The translations under genes were made by a program, and so were the position numbers. A stretch of DNA of 64,000 nt. Source: Clostridiales bacterium UBA5448 (GTDB lineage: Bacteria > Bacillota > Clostridia > Oscillospirales > SIG627). The stretch's first letter is position 1. Each line of letters begins with the position of its first letter. The stretch covers positions 69,250 to 133,249 of the forward strand of contig DIRA01000032.1 of the NCBI GenBank assembly GCA_002427425.1. Direction: 5' to 3'. Below the pieces are notes generated by a model, which had not been told where the DNA came from, searched no databases, and saw nothing but the letters and a program-made list of their open reading frames with translations. Shown in pieces: positions 59,714-64,000 of the stretch.

Positions 59714-61033
59714 TTAATCCATTTCTATTTTCAAATTGGCAGCTATTTCTGCGCCGCATGCTTTTTGGATGGAATCAAAGACGGCTTTCATCATTCCTTC
59801 TGGGAGGCAGTCAAAGACCAGAGCGACCAAATGCGTATTTCCGTTTTTTGCTAGGGCGGTGAGATTTTTGACTCCCGCGATCAGCCCATGCATCAGGTTG
59901 TCGAAGAGTTCCGCCCGGCTTTCCTTTTGGATATTTTCTAAGGAAATGACCAGCACGTGGGTTTCAGCGGCCCCTTTTTCTTTGAGCAAACGAGCAAAAT
60001 GATATAAGGTTTGGATTTCACCGAATTTCACTGTCAAAATTTGACTGTCAGTACTTCTTCCTCGCAACAGATCATGTACTCTATCCATTTTCTCATGTTT
60101 GGTTGCGTTGTGTGTAATGGGAGCAAAATGATAGGTGTTCTTTCCCCTACGCTTGGCTTCCAGCAGGGCATCATCCGCCGCACTGTACAATTCCTCAAAA
60201 GTCTTTCCGTTTTCGGGTATTACGGCAATACCCATGGAAATGCCCACCATTTTGGTATCGTTGTTCATGTTTACATTCGTATCCAAATCCCGGAAAATGC
60301 CGTCTGCCAATGCAGATAATGCCCCTTTATCCGAAACATTGGGAATAAAGACGCAAAATTCGTCCCCGCCTACACGGCTGATGATCATGTTTTCGGTACA
60401 ATTTTTCTGGAGAATGAAGGCGAATTTTTTGATCAGGTTGTCTCCTGTCTGATGCCCGTAGGTATCATTGATCCGCTTGAAATCGTCAATATCCAGCATG
60501 AACAACGCGCAGGGACGTTTCTCTTTTTTTATGTATTGTTCGGCAGAGGCTTTGATGTAGTTTCTTTTCCAAAGTCCGGACAGCTCGTCCTGCATGGCAT
60601 AAATGCGGGCCTTTTCCGCCTCCTGCTTCATCTGTTCATAGCGTTTTTTAATTTCCTGCTCGGCTTTTCCCTGGGTAATTTGCATTTGCACCCGCTGCAG
60701 CAAAGATTCCCGGCGGATGGGCTTGGAAATAAAATCTTTGGCACCCAAACGCAGACCCCGAATTTCATTTTCCGGGTTGGCGCTGGCGGTCAGGAAAATT
60801 ACGGGAACGCTCTTGAGTGAATCCATTGTATGGATGTTTTCCAACAATGTGAAGCCGTCCATTTGCGGCATGTTGATGTCAATGATAATCATATCCGGGG
60901 TATGATTCTGCAAATAGGCAAGGGCGGTTACGCCGTCGGCTATCAAATAGACGGTATAAAATTCCTCCAGAATGCTTTTGATATAACGTAGCATTTCCGG
61001 TTTATCATCCACAACCAATATATTGAACTTCAT
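59714..61033 (-). CDS. REC-GGDEF diguanylate cyclase
   Basis: LVVDD...IIDINMP...KP; DIDDFKRINDTYGH, RVGGDEF, AD.AL..AK..GKN. Confidence 0.92.
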   Translation of the reverse strand: MKFNILVVDDKPEMLRYIKSILEEFYTVYLIADGVTALAYLQNHTPDMIIIDINMPQMDGFTLLENIHTMDSLKSVPVIFLTASANPENEIRGLRLGAKDFISKPIRRESLLQRVQMQITQGKAEQEIKKRYEQMKQEAEKARIYAMQDELSGLWKRNYIKASAEQYIKKEKRPCALFMLDIDDFKRINDTYGHQTGDNLIKKFAFILQKNCTENMIISRVGGDEFCVFIPNVSDKGALSALADGIFRDLDTNVNMNNDTKMVGISMGIAVIPENGKTFEELYSAADDALLEAKRRGKNTYHFAPITHNATKHEKMDRVHDLLRGRSTDSQILTVKFGEIQTLYHFARLLKEKGAAETHVLVISLENIQKESRAELFDNLMHGLIAGVKNLTALAKNGNTHLVALVFDCLPEGMMKAVFDSIQKACGAEIAANLKIEMD

Positions 61034-61205
61034 GGATCTGTCCCTTCGCATTATGAATTCTTAACATGAATCCTATATATACCCACTTATAGTTTACTCC
61101 CTTTCTAATGATTTTCAATAGATTTTTATAATAAATTTATAAAATATCAAACAAATATACGATAATGATTATAAATTATGCCTATAGGGAGGGTATGAAC
61201 GTATT

Positions 61206-61241
61206 AAAACCGCACCCCGGAGAAATGGGGGTGCGGTTTTT
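61206..61241 (-). terminator. Intrinsic terminator after the small ORF
   Basis: AAAACCGCACCCC...GGGGTGCGGTTTT. Confidence 0.8.
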
Positions 61242-61245
61242 GAGG

Positions 61246-61389
61246 TTATTTTTTCTTTGTATCGGAGTTTCCGAAGTCGTCACGAAGGGCACGGCTGTCG
61301 GGGTTTTGTTTTACGTTTTGTGAACCCTGCTTTCGATTGCTGTCATCTTTTTGTTTGGTATCTTTCTTTTTCTCGGCCTGTTCCTTCAT
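61246..61389 (-). CDS. 47-aa hydrophilic small protein, possibly spore-associated
   Basis: MKEQAEKKKDTKQKDDSNRKQGSQNVKQNPDSRALRDDFGNSDTKKK*; purine-rich RBS, sigma-F/G-like promoter (GCATA...GGAAATACTG, 61420-61448), own terminator. Confidence 0.6.
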   Translation of the reverse strand: MKEQAEKKKDTKQKDDSNRKQGSQNVKQNPDSRALRDDFGNSDTKKK

Positions 61390-61546
61390 ACCTTTTCCTT
61401 CCTTTCACGGTTATACTTTCAGTATTTCCAATTTTACCAAATTTATGCAAAGCAATATACAATGAATACAATTTTTGTCGGCAGAGTGGGGAGGAGTGCA
61501 TATACTGAAATAAAACAAACCATTTTTTTATCAGAGGTGATGATGT

Positions 61547-62050
61547 ATGGTAAATAATTTATTAACCACCAGAGGTATTTTGCACCATATCGCAACCAGA
61601 AGACCTGACGCACATGCGGATATTTACGGTTCCCCTGCTTTTCCGAACATAAGGGGCAATGCCTGGTTCTGGCAAACCCATACCGGCGTTTATGTATGTG
61701 TGACCGCACAAAACCTCCCGTATCAAAGCGAGGAAAATCCCTATAACGTACTGGGTACCCATATCCACGAGGGAAGTTCTTGTACAGGCAATATCAATGA
61801 TCCTTTCGCCAACGCCGGCGCCCACTACAATCCCTACCAGCAGGCTCATCCCTATCATGCAGGGGATCTGCCACCCTTGTTTGTCAATGAGGGGTATGCA
61901 TGGAATGTTGTGATGACAGACCGTTTTGTGGTGGATGAGATCATCGGTATGACCATCATCATCCATTCCCAGGCCGATGATTTTCATACCCAGCCTTCCG
62001 GGGAATCGGGCAGTCGGATTGCCTGCGGTTACATTCATCGCCAAAGATGA
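61547..62050 (+). CDS. sodC: Cu/Zn superoxide dismutase family protein
   Basis: HIHEG..C, HYNP...HPYHAGDLP, IIHSQADDF..QPSG.SG.RIACG. Confidence 0.88.
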   Translation: MVNNLLTTRGILHHIATRRPDAHADIYGSPAFPNIRGNAWFWQTHTGVYVCVTAQNLPYQSEENPYNVLGTHIHEGSSCTGNINDPFANAGAHYNPYQQAHPYHAGDLPPLFVNEGYAWNVVMTDRFVVDEIIGMTIIIHSQADDFHTQPSGESGSRIACGYIHRQR

Positions 62051-62121
62051 TTTGATTTTTATTTTCTTTGTATAGGATTGAATGAAATCGCCCATGATAG
62101 TAACAAAACTGTTACAGGAGA

Positions 62122-62856
62122 ATGGGTATGGTCGTACAAAAAGGGTACATGGTTCCAAAAAAAAGAAAGTTAATTCGTACCGCGCTAAAGGTGAAAATGA
62201 TCATGTGGTTCATTATATTAAGTGTTTCCTGTGGATATGGGATGTATGCCATCAATACCCATATCAAAACGATCTCGGGCGGTTATCTGGTTTCGGAACA
62301 AGAAGCGGCGGCCTTAAAAAACATGGATTGCATTCTGGTTCTGGGGTGCGGCTTAAAACAAGATGGTAAACCCAGCGAAATGCTGACCGACAGATTACTG
62401 ACGGCCATTGCCCTCTATGAAGCGGGTGTGGCACCCAAATTGATTATGTCCGGAGATCATGAAAAAGAGGACTATGATGAAGTTACCGTCATGAAAGAAT
62501 TTGCCATCAAAAAAGGGGTACCCTCCCAAGATATCTTTTTGGATCATGTAGGGTTGTCCACCTATGACAGCATGTTCCGGGCAAGAGAAATTTTCTGTGT
62601 GAAAAAAATGGTGGTGGTGACCCAGGGATTTCATTTATGCCGGGCGGTATACAATGCCCGGAAACTGGACATGGAAGCCTATGGCGTGTCCGCAGATCTG
62701 CACACCTATAAAACCCGGTACATCCAGGAAGTCAGAGAAGTCTTTGCCCGTACCAAAGATTATTTTTTCTGCGCTTATAAGCCTTTGCCTTCCTATTTGG
62801 GGAAAGAAACCCCGGTTACCGGTAATGGGGATGAAACCAATCAAAAAGAAGTATAA
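62122..62856 (+). CDS. SanA/YdcF (DUF218) family membrane protein, copy 1
   Basis: ILVLGCG, PSEMLTDRL, MSGD, YDEV..M, STYDSM, VTQ.FH..RA, RE..AR.K. Confidence 0.88.
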   Translation: MGMVVQKGYMVPKKRKLIRTALKVKMIMWFIILSVSCGYGMYAINTHIKTISGGYLVSEQEAAALKNMDCILVLGCGLKQDGKPSEMLTDRLLTAIALYEAGVAPKLIMSGDHEKEDYDEVTVMKEFAIKKGVPSQDIFLDHVGLSTYDSMFRAREIFCVKKMVVVTQGFHLCRAVYNARKLDMEAYGVSADLHTYKTRYIQEVREVFARTKDYFFCAYKPLPSYLGKETPVTGNGDETNQKEV

Positions 62857-62866
62857 GTGTTTTTCA

Positions 62867-62894
62867 CAAAAGCGCACCGTTCGGTGCGCTTTTG
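62867..62894 (+). terminator. Intrinsic terminator
   Basis: CAAAAGCGCACCG-TT-CGGTGCGCTTTTG. Confidence 0.75.
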
Positions 62895-62982
62895 CCCGTG
62901 ATAAATTTCCCTTGCATCTTGGCGCGAATTCATTTATACTGGTATTGAACAACCATCTAACATACAATACCAGGAGTCAAAT

Positions 62983-63708
62983 ATGGAAGTTACAGATCCG
63001 AAAACAAAATTCAAATTTGTCTTTAATAAGAAAATCCTGTTCAAAATCGCTCTGATTTTGGGTGTGCTTTGCGTGCTTTTCGCTGCTTTTCTCTTTGGTG
63101 TGAACTACCATGTAAAATCCGCTTATCAAGACTGTTTGCTGACTGTTGGGGAAGCGGAAAAAATGGAAGAAGTGGACTGTATTCTCGTTTTGGGCTGCGG
63201 ATTGAATATGGACGGGTCTCCCAGCGAAATGCTCGCCGATCGTTTGCTCACGGGTATTGCCCTGTATCAGGCGGGAGTGGCCCCAAAACTGCTCATGTCG
63301 GGAGACCATGGACAAATTGCGTATGACGAAGTGGGGGTCATGAAGGAATTTGCCATGCAGCATGGCGTACCCTCCGAAGATATTTTTATGGATCATGCGG
63401 GGTTTTCCACCTATGAAAGTATGTACCGTGCCAAAGAAATTTTTTGCACGCAAAGAATCGTGGTGGTGACCCAGAAATATCATTTATACCGGGCGGTGTA
63501 TAATGCCCGGGAACTGGGGATTGAAGCCTATGGTGTAGCATCCCAAATCAAATTGGCCGGAAGACAACTGTATTACGAATCCAGAGAAATCATTGCTCGT
63601 ACCAAAGACTATGCGCTTTGTGTCTTTCAGCCATTGCCCACGTATTTGGGCGATGCCATTCCCGTCAGTGGCAACGGGGATGTGACCAACGACGATCAAG
63701 AAGTCTGA
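62983..63708 (+). CDS. SanA/YdcF (DUF218) family membrane protein, copy 2
   Basis: Same motifs as copy 1; own promoter TTGCAT-17-TATACT at 62912-62940. Confidence 0.88.
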   Translation: MEVTDPKTKFKFVFNKKILFKIALILGVLCVLFAAFLFGVNYHVKSAYQDCLLTVGEAEKMEEVDCILVLGCGLNMDGSPSEMLADRLLTGIALYQAGVAPKLLMSGDHGQIAYDEVGVMKEFAMQHGVPSEDIFMDHAGFSTYESMYRAKEIFCTQRIVVVTQKYHLYRAVYNARELGIEAYGVASQIKLAGRQLYYESREIIARTKDYALCVFQPLPTYLGDAIPVSGNGDVTNDDQEV

Positions 63709-63902
63709 CAATGACTGTACTAAATGACAAAGGGGTACACCCCTAAAATTCGACGGAGGTCATTTCCGGGACGTATGGGATGCCCGGATCTGGGAGGTGC
63801 CCGGCGCGGGCTTTCCATCCACGATATCTTGCGCCTATGTGACATCATTACGGATGAAAGGAAATTACCGGGGTATACTGTAGAAAAAAAGGGGTGCTTG
63901 AT

Positions 63903-64000
63903 ATGATTTATGTTTCAAAAAACAACTTTGATGAAGAGGTATTGGCTTCGGAAAAACCGGTGTTGCTGGATTTCTATGCCAATTGGTGCGGTCCCTGCAG
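63903..64000 (+). CDS. trxA: Thioredoxin, 5' part; runs off the window
   Basis: MIYVSKNNFDEEVLASEKPVLLDFYANWCGPC. Confidence 0.92.
   Translation, partial: MIYVSKNNFDEEVLASEKPVLLDFYANWCGPC

Noticed and set aside
63724-63906. 60-aa ORF and AGGGGTACACCCCT hairpin as an IS end
   Set aside because: No recognisable protein motif, transposase or partner end
43757-64000. tRNA-integrated genomic island or prophage
   Set aside because: No integrase and no duplicated tRNA 3' end seen; the region also contains core-like genes (rplY, birA, trxA)

Overview
Chromosomal window from a Firmicute, probably a Clostridia (inferred from sigma-A promoters, hprK, the rimP-nusA-ylxR-ylxQ-infB-rbfA operon, a cohesin/dockerin protein and sigma-F/G-like promoters). 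No CRISPR array, rRNA, intact IS, integrase or prophage was found. Layout: (1) 1-4.1 kb: 5' end of a NuoE/HydC-type gene, a MORN lipoprotein, aroQ, a 44-bp perfect palindrome, several dif/XerD-arm-like motifs, rsmA and a DMT transporter. (2) 4.2-21.1 kb, the most striking locus: four large paralogous heparinase II/III-like (putative polysaccharide lyase) genes with an N-terminal CxxC...CxxC module. Three are secreted and membrane-anchored, one is cytoplasmic. They are followed by a cyclase-family gene with a non-canonical metal site and a hidden fifth paralog collapsed from about 3 kb to about 0.7 kb. (3) 21.2-43.8 kb, mostly housekeeping: tadA, PBP1A, dnaE, truB, nrnA, rbfA, infB, nusA, rimP, ygiQ, a secreted dead+live double C39-peptidase protein with cohesin and dockerin, hprK, a ROK kinase, murB and tRNA-Arg(ACG). 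(4) 43.9-64 kb, accessory: a ~140-nt group IIC intron remnant behind the tRNA terminator, an oxidoreductase and AraC regulator with another collapsed gene, rplY, bioY/birA with two BirA operators, a c-di-GMP cluster (EAL, HD-GYP, hybrid kinase, REC-GGDEF) with a degenerate c-di-GMP-I-like leader, sodC, two SanA/YdcF paralogs and the start of trxA. All calls come from motif recognition by eye; no database search was run.
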